DNA of 63,880 bases, the filler included, from Octopus bimaculoides (lineage: Eukaryota), in the NCBI RefSeq assembly GCF_001194135.2. It is 5 parts of 5 records of this genome, joined end to end, with 100 filler letters (N's around TTAATTAATTAA, not from the genome) between each part and the next. Parts side by side here need not be neighbours in the genome. Positions count along the whole stretch, not along the records: positions 12,473 to 29,591 come from NC_068982.1; 4 more parts are not named here. One strand, given 5' to 3'. How positions within the stretch are numbered: position 1 is the stretch's first letter; each line of letters opens with the position of its first letter. A program made the position numbers and the translations under genes. Positions 13,531-26,274 of this stretch are shown here, piece by piece. Under the pieces are notes generated by a model. It did not search any database, had not been told where the DNA came from, and saw only the letters and a list, made by a program, of their open reading frames with translations.

Positions 13531-14089
13531 ACCACGCCACCATCAGAGAAGACGATCTCGGTGACAACGACGACAATAGTAGTGACAACAACAATAAAAA
13601 CAACAACAACAAACAACATTTCAAACTGTACTAACAACAAAAATAACGACAATACCATGACTAGAAGAAGGTGGTTGGAGCGGTGATTGATAAACCAAAA
13701 AATAAGAATTATTGAAAAAACAGTTGTTTAGACATTAGAATTTGATCCCGTCGTGAAGGTTTCTTGTAGAGTCAATGTGGTATCCATAATACAGTCAGAG
13801 TAAACAATTTGCTCACAAATTTCGCCTTGTTAAAAGAATAATTTTTTTGTCGTTGTTTTGGAGGGCTTTTTTGCATTTTNNNNNNNNNNTTTTTTTTTTT
13901 TGTTCTAACTAAAGAATTCTATGAATCAAACGTTTTTCTGTCGAGATTCACACAGTCGACCTCATTTCAGAATATCCTAAACACACACTCAATTCTTATA
14001 AATACATAATCAAAACTGCCAAAAGTTTAAAATTTTAATTTTAAAACCGGTAACTGTTATGTGCCCATGAATTAAATCGCCTTTCTACT

Positions 14090-14292
14090 ATAGGCACAAG
14101 GCTTGAAATTTTGGGAGAGGCCTAGTTGATTGCATCGACTACAGTGCTCAACTGGTACTTATTTCATCGACCCCCAAAAGGATAAAAAGCATAGTCGACT
14201 TTGGATGGAATTTGAGCTCAGTGCATAGAAACGGACGAAATGCCCCTTAGCATTTTATACGGCGCACTAACGATTCTGCCAGCTCGCCGCCT
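14090..14292 (-). mobile_element. SINE family B copy
   Basis: Reverse complement of the family at 8665. Confidence 0.8.
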
Positions 14293-14324
14293 ACATATAG
14301 ATTAAATATCTTTTCTGCTATAGG

Positions 14325-14530
14325 TTGGTACTCCGTTGCTTACGACGACGAGGGTTCCAGTTGATCCGATCAACGGAACAGCCTGCTCGTGAAATTAACG
14401 TGCAAGTGGTTGAGCACTCCACAGACACGTGTACCCTTAACGTAGTTCTCGGGGATATTCAGTGTGACACAGTGTGACAAGGCTGACCCTTTGAATTACA
14501 GGCGCAACAGAAACAGGAAGTAAGGGTGAA
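14325..14530 (-). mobile_element. SINE family C 3' part
   Basis: Near-identical to 56535-56770. Confidence 0.8.
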
Positions 14531-14777
14531 NNNNNNNNNNNNNNNNNNNNNNNNNNNNNNNNNNNNNNNNNNNNNNNNNNNNNNNNNNNNNNNNNNNNNN
14601 NNNNNNNNNNNNNNNNNNNNNNNNNNNNNNNNNNNNNNNNNNNNNNNNNNNNNNNNNNNNNNNNNNNNNNNNNNNNNNNNNNNNNNNNNNNNNNNNNNNN
14701 NNNNNNNNNNNNNNNNNNNNNNNNNNNNNNNNNNNNNNNNNNNNNNNNNNNNNNNNNNNNNNNNNNNNNNNNNNNNT

Positions 14778-14930
14778 ACCCCGGTGTTTGACTTGTGATT
14801 ATTTCATCGACCCCAATGGAATAAAAAGAAAAGTCGACGTCGACGTAATTTGGACTCAGAACAATAAAGTCGAACGAAATACCGCTAAGTATTTTGTCCG
14901 GTGTGCTTATGATTTTGCTCGCTCACCGCT
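14778..14930 (-). mobile_element. SINE family B copy (diverged)
   Basis: Reverse complement of the family at 8665. Confidence 0.7.
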
Positions 14931-16009
14931 CTACACATAGATTAAATATCGATAACCTGCTGTTCTTGTTCTTTCATCGAAATGTGCGCGCCCTGACGCG
15001 TGTGTGATTACATGCACAAAGCTGTCACCGAAGTTGTTACCATACAACTAAAGATCAAACTCCCTCCAGTCGTTTTCTCAAACCAATTTTAATAAATTTA
15101 TATTTCAAGATTGTTTAATTTGCTTTTCTTCATCAGAATTAGTAACTGAGAGCTAGATTCCCATCCCACCGTCATCAATAAGGATACCATTTAAGTCAAC
15201 ATTCTTAGGTTTCACAATATTAAGAATATTAGTACACACTTCACTCCTAGATATTCAAAGATAGTTGTACAGAAGAACTATTTTGTAAGCCTCTATGTCT
15301 ATCTCTGCATATACAGCGTGTGTAAGTATGTTTATTTTTGTGAATGTATGTAAGAAATTAATGACAATGCTTTTATAAAATTCAATGTCGGGAACAACAC
15401 ATTTTCTAAATACCTATTTATAATTAACAAAGCACTCACCACGTTCTGCAACGAACAACAAAAATAAGCACCGATGAGTCTCATACGTATAGATTATCGA
15501 AAAGTTTAAGTTATCGATTATACCACAATGTGTTCACATTTAGGAGCAAATAATTGTGCCTGACATATTCTCTTAAATTGTAGGCCATCTCTCCCCCCTT
15601 TTTAATTTAGCTATTCATAAGGCATCCTACCGTCATACATTCAATGTATCGACAATAACTAACTCCAGGAATGTCAATAAGATGTAAATTAATGTCAATG
15701 TCAACTCGTAAGCGACAGATATCTCAGGTGGGGGTGTCTGTCTCTCTTTTTTTTAAATAGTGAACTGGTTTTTGCAGTCATAATGTTTAATAATTCATTT
15801 TTGTATTTGGTCTGCAAGTTTCTTGATCTGAAACCGTATGAAGAAATGCGTTGCGTTGTATATCGGGTGGGTCATTGTGCCAATAATAAACACATGCACT
15901 GTTTTTTATTTCAGTTCATTACTTTCGGTTCTCAATTAGTTAACTATTTAAACAAATGACTAATACATTGTCTGATTAATCATTTAATCAATTAATCAAA
16001 TTGAGTTAC

Positions 16010-16750
16010 AAGTTTTTCGTTCATTTTGGCAATTTCATGGCAGTATGTTTCTGTAGTAATGATCTTTCATGGTTTTAGAAATTTATAGTGGATGAGCTCA
16101 GCAGTACACCACCAAACAATCTTTTGAAGAGCTCGGGTTTAGGGAAGATTTTCGGTGCTTCATTTTGGTTCAACCACTGCGAAGAACGTTCTTTATTATT
16201 GCACAGAATTCACTTTTCATCGCAAGTTACAATACGGTCGAGAAATGGATCGGTCTGGTTACGGAGAAGAAGCGACGAGCAAATTTCATATCTGAGTATT
16301 TTCTGATTTTCATTCTAATCGTGTGGTACCCGTTTGTCGAGCTTTTTTGATTTTCCGATCGCATGCAAATGGTTGCAGGCAGTTTTCTGGCTAACTTGAA
16401 GTTCTTTTGCTAGTTCTGAGTGGTTTTATGTGGATCTTTCTCAATGACGGTCTTTAATTGACCGTCATCGATGACAGATGGGCATCCATTATGCTCACGA
16501 TCTTCAAGACTCAGGTCTCCACTGCGAAATCGTTTAAACCATTTTCGAACTGACCACTCACTGGTCATTTCCTCACCAAACATTTCTTTCATATCATGAG
16601 CAGTTTCAGCAGCTTTACGTCCTTTTTTGAAGTTGAATAGGAAAATTACTCGAATATCACGCTTTGACAGTTCCATTTCAGAGTACACATTAAATTTTAT
16701 TAAACTTGAACAATATTTTTCAAGCAATGAACGATTTTCAACAAAACAAT
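16010..16750 (-). mobile_element. Mariner transposase 5' half (remnant)
   Basis: MELSKRDIRVIFLFNFKKGRKAAETA...KWFKRFRSGDLSLEDREH from ATG 16676, continuing to FLDRIVTCDEK* and IHYKFLKP...YC. Catalytic C-terminal half absent. Confidence 0.9.
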
Positions 16751-17815
16751 GATATAATTTGTCGACTTGGAACTTATTGCAAAGCTGCATGATAAACAAN
16801 NNNNNNNNNTGTCGACTTGGAACTTATTGCAAAGCTGCATGATAAACAACAGTACCACCACCATCGCCACTACATCTGCCATATACACCATGCAGACTTC
16901 TGACGCCACCACCATCAATACATTTGACTTCGCCGCCTTCTCCTCCGCCACCCTCACATCTGTCTTTCACATCACTTACTCTCGCCGTCATCCGTGACTG
17001 CCTCGGCTACCACCACCACCATCATCACCGCTGCCTCCACCTCTATCACAACTGCAGCTCATACTATTACTATCACTCCATTACCATCAGTGTTCAGTAT
17101 GTCAGTTCAGCCGGCTGGTTCAATGTTCAGTCCTTCTTTCTCTCACATACCCACTCTTTCCCTCTCTCTCTTATTATTCACACAACCATCATAGCACTAC
17201 CACTTTCAATAAAACATCATCAACTCTCCCTAAATTTCTTTGTCTCTCTTTCTCTCCCTCTCTTTTTGTTTCTCTCTATCTCTCTCCCCCCTCTCTCTCT
17301 CTCTCTTTCTCTGTCTTCGCCAGCACTCTCACCGTCTCTATGTCTACTATTACTCTCACCCCTGCACGAGGAATAGTAGAAATGTCATTGAATAGCGAGA
17401 GAGTGGGGTCAAAGTGTGACACACTGACACACAGAAATTAGTTTTCCCATTTATTTTATTAGATATATATATATATATGCATGAAAGGAAGGAAGAGTTG
17501 AATGATACATGATAAGTGAGTAGATGTCTGTATAAGAATGAGAGAAGGAAACCGAGAGATACAAACAGGCAGAAAGAGTGAGAGAATGTATTACGGTGAC
17601 CTGTGATTTAGTAGTGACGTGTATATTGTTGGGTGCAGAAAAACATTATTGCAGTAACATTATCACACATTATCAACTAATGAAACTGTATTGTTTAGGA
17701 GTTCTCTGATGTCAAGTGAAATTCCCGTGAATGTATCACTTTTCTGTTTATTCACTTCTGTCTATGTAACCCTTCTCGACCTGGCTGTCAGCAAAAGTAT
17801 TCTTTACACGCATAT

Positions 17816-17870
<55 letters not shown>

Positions 17871-18078
17871 NNNNNNNNNNACACAAACACACAATCGCGC
17901 GCGCACAAAAATACGTTGTCCGACCCACAAATATATGTACATTAATATTTACTTAGCTATACAAGCATATACTCGCACTCATGTAATCACACGCCCACAT
18001 TCACACCTACACACTTTACATACATACACATGCATATGTACATATATGTATATGTTTATTTATATGTGTGTGTACGTG

Positions 18079-18109
<31 letters not shown>

Positions 18110-18146
18110 GTATGTGTGTATATATGAGTATGTATATATGTGTATG

Positions 18147-18224
<78 letters not shown>

Positions 18225-18562
18225 CGCATATGTTCTCCAACTCTCAGATATATATGCATTTATGTCTGCTTATGCATACATTCATATACCCACATTCACA
18301 CGCGCACACACTCACACACATACTACTCCCCTAAATGTGCTTAACAAATGCGCAAGTAAAAGAAAGAAAGTCTTACAGAAGCAGAACCACATGCATTCTA
18401 AGACGAATATCATGCATTTAGAGTTATGTTATTACATGCTGTTATTTGTATCAATGCGTGCAAATACCTTCACCCAGGCATACACACATGCACATGCATA
18501 AATACAAATGAAACTAAACATACGTAAGTCAAACGCTTCGACTCCTACAATTTTTCTATTCA

Positions 18563-18775
18563 AAGGCGACGAGCAAAAACGTTAGCACGCGGGCGAAATG
18601 CCTAGCGGTATTTCGTCTGTCTTTACGTTCTGAGTTCAAATTCTGCCGAGGTCGACTTTGCTTTCGTCCTTTCGGGGTCGATAAATTAAATACCAGTTGC
18701 GTACTGGGGTCGATCTAATCGACTGGCACCCTCCCCAAAATTGTCGAGCCTTGTGCCTAGAATAGAAAAGAATTT
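18563..18775 (+). mobile_element. SINE family B, near full-length copy
   Basis: Same head and central domain, ending CTTGTGCCTAGAATAGAAAAG. Confidence 0.88.
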
Positions 18776-19205
18776 CTCTATTCAAACTTTAAATTTACAT
18801 TTATAATAAAAAGTTACACTGCATGTATCGACCTTGCTGAATATCTAAGCGTTAAGTTTGAAAATTAGGGATTTCCAGATGAGATTGGAAGGACGGAATT
18901 GATCAACTGACACGTATTCTAAAAATACAATCTATTCGTGTAACAGTAAAAATATGTAAAACTTTCCGAAAGTTAAATATTCTAATTCTTCACCCTTGTT
19001 GGTAATGGGTTTGTAATTTAGGCACAAGGATATCAGTTTTAACCCTAGTACTTGGTTTGTACTTTATTTTATCAAGCTCGAAATAATGAAACTTTACTTC
19101 AGAGGAACTTAAAATCAAAAGGTAGAGTCGAGAAACTTACAGAGAGTATATTTCATTTTTAAAAGACTTTAAATATTCCGCCAGTTCGTCATTATCATTA
19201 ATTAA

Positions 19206-19497
19206 CTCATTACCTACCAGTGATCTCATATGAGATCACTTAAAATTTACAAATTTCGTAATTGTCTGTCAATATTTACACATATCTAACCTTTTTGTTA
19301 TATCTACTAGGTATATTTCTCTGATATTCAAATGAGGTTTGCTAATTTTTCACCCAATATCTCGCTTATTTTTATTTAAAATGTTATTTTGAAATGTTAT
19401 TTTGATCATTCCAGCGTGTTTCTAAGGCTGTTTTATGCTAGAAATCAAAGTTTCATAAAAAAAAATTCCAGTTAATAGAATTATGGGAGGTAATGGG
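19206..19497. mobile_element. piggyBac-type MITE (~292 bp)
   Basis: TTAA at 19202-19205 and 19498-19501 flanking 13-bp TIRs CTCATTACCTACC / GGGAGGTAATGGG (2 mismatches). Confidence 0.7.
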
Positions 19498-20929
19498 TTA
19501 ACGAAGATACATGTATACTTAAGTTTGCTCCTATTTTTATACATGCTCACCTTCACACACGTATACCCGAGCATACACTTACGTGCATACATGCTTTGCA
19601 TAGTGATTAATCCAGACGGCTGCCGTTGCCTTGTGCTTCCGCGTTGTCAGTGATATTGCCATAGTCTTTCAGATGGCTGGTCGACTGCGTTGCAGATCTG
19701 CATGGTTTGAAGCATAGGTGACAGACGAAAGTTGTAAATTACTGTGCACTTCAAACTTATCTGTACACGTTACCGCTCTTCCATTGCCATAGGACTTTCA
19801 GTACATAGAATGACAAAAGAGGTCATCATAAAGAGATACCTGTACATCATTGGATTGCAGTGATAAACGCTTGTACAACACGAGTGCCACTGTCTGAGTC
19901 TCTATGATTAGTATCTAATGATAGACCGAAGCGAAGTGACGCATAATCACATGAAACCGCAGCTTTTGCATACATACATACATACATACATACATACATA
20001 CATACATACATACATACATGCATGCATACACACATACATGCATACATACATGCATACATACATGCATATATACATACATACATACATACATACATAACTG
20101 GCTCCAAATATTGCACTTATACACACATACATGCAAAAATACTTAGCTGATGTTGAAATTCCAATGAAGAAGCCTTGGATCTAGGTTAGAAACCGGCTCT
20201 TTCTCTGTTGATAAGAAATCTTGAAATAAAACTGAATAATAACTGACACATCTATGCATGCATACATACATGCATACACACATGCTTACATACATGCATA
20301 CATACACGTGTGCATGCATACATACATACATACATACATACACACATACATACATACATACGTGCATACGTACATACCTACTATGTACCTATGTACGTAC
20401 ACACATGCATGCATATTCAACTCCTACTACAGTCAACTGAACAAAGAGCGAAGGTGGAAATATTTGTCTTGGAAAGCAAGAAGTCATGTTTCATGTAGGA
20501 AAGCATTGGAAACACTATACTACACTGTCCAAAGAACTGAGTACCTATATTCATATAAACATTATTTTCTAGATACGAAATTGCAGAGATAAAATATAAA
20601 ATCCACAATATAAAGGAGGGAGATCAGGTCTGTATCAATCCTAAAATCTTGTTTCTATTAGAAGCCAACGAGGGGATTCTTCCCACAGTCGCTTGGACTG
20701 TGTGAAATAGTCCCAAAATATCTAGCAAATCACACAGCATCGTCTTGAACCATGAAAGAAGATATCCGATTACAAAAGTCGTAGATACCCTATGCCTGAA
20801 AGAATTGCGATGGTTACGGCTTGATAATCTATCTGCTCGATGAGACTTGATCAAGGGTTAAGCATCAAAAACTGCTCAGTATTGCCGAATGTTAGCATTA
20901 TAATTTGCACATCAGAGTAATTAAAGAAC

Positions 20930-21115
20930 AGACACTCCGTCGGTTACAATGACGAGTGTTCCGATCAATAGACCAGCCTGCTTGTGAAATTAGCATACAA
21001 ATGGCTGAATATTCCACAGAGACGTGTGCCCTTAATGTAGTTCTCAAGGAGATTGGGCGTGACACAGAATGTGACAAGGCTGGCCCTTTGAATTACAAGT
21101 ACAAGAATTACAGGT
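20930..21115 (-). mobile_element. SINE family C 3' part (diverged)
   Basis: Aligns to 14330-14510. Confidence 0.75.
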
Positions 21116-21283
21116 ACCTCCTAAGTAGATCTAGTGCGGATATGAGTAGCATATGGGAACCGGTAGTAAGGAAGAATAGGAAAATATTAGATTTATAAGC
21201 CCTAAAATTCACTCCATAATTGCCCACGGGCTTATAGTGTTGTGTTTAAGAGCGCGGGCTACTAATCCCAAGATTCCGAGTGA

Positions 21284-21339
<56 letters not shown>

Positions 21340-21361
<22 letters not shown>

Positions 21362-21520
21362 TAATAATAATAATAATAATAACAACATCGGAAAATATCT
21401 TTGGAATGAGAACCTCGGTTCGAAATTACCCCAGGACACCTGATGAAGGCTGGAGAGTACATCAGCTGAAACGTTGTGTTAACAAGAAACAAGATGAGGA
21501 CAAATATCCGTCAAATGTAA
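21340..21520 (+). mobile_element. Penelope-like terminal-repeat fragment with minimal hammerhead ribozyme motif (21437-21478)
   Basis: CAC-CTGATGA-A-GGCTG...CAGCT-GAAAC-GTT-GTG has a complete hammerhead core, 3-bp stem I and loopless stem III. Confidence 0.65.
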
Positions 21521-21747
21521 ATATAGAACTGTATAATATTCTCGAAAACAAAATGGAAAAATCACAGCTTGAATGACGGAGTCCTTGCTAGTAAAAAGGC
21601 GACTCCCAAGACAACACCAATGGTGGCACCTATGACTCTATCAGTCAGACTCGTGGAGGTAGATGAGTGAAGAAAGAAATCACAACCCACGTGCTACTAG
21701 CAGATCTGAAATCAGACCAAGTGTTTGCAATGAACTGAATTCAATTA

Positions 21748-21963
21748 CTAGGGAGTGCTAAAAGTTTCTGGATTTAGGTAAAAGAAAATACAGGAGGATC
21801 AGTTAATTATGATTTTATTTAGTATATTCCCCTCTCAGATTCACACATTTATTATAGCAGTCCTTCAGTTTTTCTAAACCCTGTAAAAGAGCTCGCAAGT
21901 TTGAGCCTCCAGCCAGGCCTTTCGTGACACCCTTAAAGCCATGAACTTTTCAGAACTCCCTCG
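21748..21963. mobile_element. Mariner-type MITE (~216 bp)
   Basis: Imperfect ~28 bp TIRs (CTAGGGAGTGCTAAAAGTTTCTGGATTT / AAAGCCATGAACTTTTCAGAACTCCCTCG) with TA on both sides. Confidence 0.75.
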
Positions 21964-22039
21964 TAAAATTTCCAAATGCAGACGAGTAAAACCCATCACG
22001 TTCGAACATTGCACAATCCTTATAACAAGTTTTGCCCAC

Positions 22040-22175
22040 AATTTCTGTTCACTCAATTTTACCCATATGGCTTAAGTTCACCCAAAGCCATAGCGCTACA
22101 CAGTGGAATTGAAACCGAAACCACGCTGTTGCTAAGCGTACTTCTTAGCCACATAGCCATGCCCGCTGCCATTGT
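22040..22175 (-). mobile_element. Diverged SINE family A-related 5' half
   Basis: Reverse complement reads GGCATGGCTATGTGGCTAAGAAG...GGTTTCAATTCCACTG. Confidence 0.5.
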
Positions 22176-22284
22176 GTAATCAGTTAACTTCATCTCAAGT
22201 TACCCCCAATCTTATCAAGTATAGATATAACTAAATATCTAATATACTTGGAAACTTCAAACCAACCCTTGTGGTTTGAATTTG

Positions 22285-22523
22285 TTTGCATAGCATTATG
22301 TCTGCCTTTTACACGGTATATCTTGAATATTTGGATAGCTGCAGTCTTGTTGGTCTTGTGTTCTCGATGTCTCGCCGGCTAGTATGCATGTACGTATGTA
22401 TGTATATGTGTATGGTATATATTTATTCATGTATACATATATATGTATGGTATATACTTACGCATACATATATATATTTGTATGGTATAAACTTATGCAT
22501 GCATATGTATTATATACATGCGT

Positions 22524-22590
<67 letters not shown>

Positions 22591-22892
22591 CTTATGTGTG
22601 CTGAAATTCTGTTCTTTGTTATTTTGTTTTGTTGTTTTTTGTTGGGTTTTTTTTTTTGTTAGTGTTGTGTCTGTTGTTGCAATGGTTGTTCATAAAGTTT
22701 CTCTTGTTTGTTTTCGTGGGGTGAGGCCGAGAAGAAAAGAATGCGTGTTTATTAATGTGTATATGTGTCTGTCGATGTATATGCATATGTACTTCAACTC
22801 ATGTATGTCTATATGTGTGTAGGTAAGTATATAATCGTGTATATGGCTGCATGTATGCATTCATACATATACTATATATATGCTATAGATAC

Positions 22893-22957
<65 letters not shown>

Positions 22958-23262
22958 TGTACGTATGCACTTATATATGCAAATATGCTCCCAAGTTTGT
23001 ATATAAGTATGTCAGAACACTTGCATATATGCATGTATTATATGCGCATGTATTCTTATAAGTACTTGAACGTGTGTGTATGTGTGCGCGTGCGCGTGCA
23101 TACACATACACACACATGTATTCATACTCACATACACACATACATTTTCGCACTTATACACATACAAACATATATCTATATAGGAATATATTTATATATC
23201 TATATGTGTATAGGTACGTATATATATATGTATGTGTGTATGTATATATATATGCGTGTGTT

Positions 23263-23309
<47 letters not shown>

Positions 23310-24666
23310 NNNNNNNNNNNNNNNNNNNNNNNNNNNNNNNNNNNNNNNNNNNNNNNNNNNNNNNNNNNNNNNNNNNNNNNNNNNNNNNNNNNNNNNNNNN
23401 NNNNNNNNNNNNNNNNNNNNNNNNNNNNNNNNNNNNNNNNNNNNNNNNNNNNNNNNNNNNNNNNNNNNNNNNNNNNNNNNNNNNNNNNNNNNNNNNNNNN
23501 NNNNNNNNNNNNNNNNNNNNNNNNNNNNNNNNNNNNNNNNNNNNNNNNNNNNNNNNNNNNNNNNNNNNNNNNNNNNNNNNNNNNNNNNNNNNNNNNNNNN
23601 NNNNNNNNNNNNNNNNNNNNNNNNNNNNNNNNNNNNNNNNNNNNNNNNNNNNNNNNNNNNNNNNNNNNNNNNNNNNNNNNNNNNNNNNNNNNNNNNNNNN
23701 NNNNNNNNNNNNNNNNNNNNNNNNNNNNNNNNNNNNNNNNNNNNNNNNNNNNNNNNNNNNNNNNNNNNNNNNNNNNNNNNNNNNNNNNNNNNNNNNNNNN
23801 NNNNNNNNNNNNNNNNNNNNNNNNNNNNNNNNNNNNNNNNNNNNNNNNNNNNNNNNNNNNNNNNNNNNNNNNNNNNNNNNNNNNNNNNNNNNNNNNNNNN
23901 NNNNNNNNNNNNNNNNNNNNNNNNNNNNNNNNNNNNNNNNNNNNNNNNNNNNNNNNNNNNNNNNNNNNNNNNNNNNNNNNNNNNNNNNNNNNNNNNNNNN
24001 NNNNNNNNNNNNNNNNNNNNNNNNNNNNNNNNNNNNNNNNNNNNNNNNNNNNNNNNNNNNNNNNNNNNNNNNNNNNNNNNNNNNNNNNNNNNNNNNNNNN
24101 NNNNNNNNNNNNNNNNNNNNNNNNNNNNNNNNNNNNNNNNNNNNNNNNNNNNNNNNNNNNNNNNNNNNNNNNNNNNNNNNNNNNNNNNNNNNNNNNNNNN
24201 NNNNNNNNNNNNNNNNNNNNNNNNNNNNNNNNNNNNNNNNNNNNNNNNNNNNNNTATATATATATATTTACATACACACACACACACTCATGCATACGTA
24301 TCACACGTCTCATACCACGCCCTAAAGTCTAAAATACACGTTATTTCATGAAACTAAGTTCAGTAATGGCTGGGATACCATTGATCATACAACTGCTCGA
24401 TCATTGGTGATATGGGACTAAAAAACAACAACACCAACAACAACAACAACAAAAACAACAAGGTTAGGAAGCGGAACAAGAACGATGACGACGACAACAA
24501 CAAATAGGAACATTGAATAAAAGCCTGCCTTTATCGTCAAATAAAACCAACAGGGGGTCTTTCAGTCAGTGGTTACGGTATTATGTAACAGTGTGTAATG
24601 CTAGTATTTCGGCCCCTGTCATGGTGGCGGTTTTGGTCGATGTTGCAGTTGTTGATAGCGGTGCTG

Positions 24667-24724
<58 letters not shown>

Positions 24725-25270
24725 NNNNNNNNNNNNNNNNNNNNNNNNNNNNNNNNNNNNNNNNNNNNNNNNNNNNNNNNNNNNNNNNNNNNNNNNNNNN
24801 NNNNNNNNNNNNNNNNNNNNNNNNNNNNNNNNNNNNNNNNNNNNNNNNNNNNNNNNNNNNNNNNNNNNNNNNNNNNNNNNNNNNNNNNNNNNNNNNNNNN
24901 NNNNNNNNNNNNNNNNNNNNNNNNNNNNNNNNNNNNNNNNNNNNNNNNNNNNNNNNNNNNNNNNNNNNNNNNNNNNNNNNNNNNNNNNNNNNNNNNNNNN
25001 NNNNNNNNNNNNNNNNNNNNNNNNNNNNNNNNNNNNNNNNNNNNNNNNNNNNNNNNNNNNNNNNNNNNNNNNNNNNNNNNNNNNNNNNNNNNNNNNNNNN
25101 NNNNNNNNNNNNNNNNNNNNNNNNNNNNNNNNNNNNNNNNNNNNNNNNNNNNNNNNNNNNNNNNNNNNNNNNNNNNNNNNNNNNNNNNNNNNNNNNNNNN
25201 NNNNNNNNNNNNNNNNNNNNNNNNNNNNNNNNNNNNNNNNNNNNNNNNNNNNNNNNNNNNNNNNNNNNNN

Positions 25271-25314
<44 letters not shown>

Positions 25315-25500
25315 ATGTGTGTGTGTGTGTCTGTGTGTCTGTGTGTCTGTGTCTGTGTCTGTGTGTGCGTGTCTGTGTGTCTCTGTGTGTGCGTGTCTGT
25401 GTGTCTCTGTGTGTGCGTGTGAGTGTGTGTGTGCGTGTGTGTGTGTATATGTAAGTATGCACTTTATACACTCGCACACACATATACGCACATATATATA
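22285..25500. repeat. Compound (AT)n/(GT)n/(ATGT)n microsatellite field with two gaps
   Basis: Direct inspection. Similar fields at 380-575, 17810-18330, 19965-20400, 37265-37745, 42130-42810 and 48990-49250. Confidence 0.9.
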
Positions 25501-25699
25501 ATTACCATGTAATAGTATTCCTTACTTCATTTCTATGCATTATACGACTCAATGTCCTGTAGAAGCTAGCCTATCTCAAATCCATTCATACGGATGCTAT
25601 AGCTAGGATTAAGAGTAGTTCTGTTCGACTTGAGTCGTATATTCCAGTAACTTCTAAGCATAACACAAATTATATAGATAACTGCTAACTCCACAAGTT

Positions 25700-25835
25700 T
25701 ATTTATTCTCGCTCTGTTTATTTCCTCGTGTTCCTTTCTGTTGAAGAGCGTAAGCTCGAAACGTAAAAGACTTTCTCACCTGCTTGTTGTTTATACACCT
25801 GTCTTCGTCTTTTGTTTTTCTGTAAATTTCAGCTA
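25700..25835 (+). mobile_element. Penelope-like terminal-repeat fragment with variant hammerhead fold (25734-25769)
   Basis: CTTT-CTGTTGA-A-GAGC-GTAA-GCTC-GAAAC-GTA-AAAG; the core position A6 is T. Confidence 0.55.
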
Positions 25836-25859
25836 TATATATATATATGAATTATTAAG

Positions 25860-26116
25860 GTGACTAGTCGCAATTTAGAAACCAAAAGGCACAAGTACAA
25901 AGATCACCAGCATTACTAGAAATAAGATTCAAAACAACTTTTAGTCATAGGCAAGCACTTATCTGTTGACTGACAAGAGGCCAACCTCCCTACAGCGAGC
26001 GAGGAGTGTCAAATCATCGATGATTTTAGATTGTGCTTGCCCGTGGCTAAGAGTTGCTTTGACTCTTGTTTCTAGCAACACTGGTGCTGATTTGCATCTT
26101 TAGTAATCTTAGTCAC
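25860..26116. mobile_element. Degenerate foldback element
   Basis: 25905-25958 and 26033-26086 are reverse complements at 44/54 positions. Both outer ends start GTGACTA. Confidence 0.65.
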
Positions 26117-26163
26117 GTTTGAACTTGTGCCTATATACATATATACATACATACTTAATACAT

Positions 26164-26203
<40 letters not shown>

Positions 26204-26222
26204 GTATATGTATATACATACA

Positions 26223-26259
<37 letters not shown>

Positions 26260-26274
26260 ATATATATATATATA

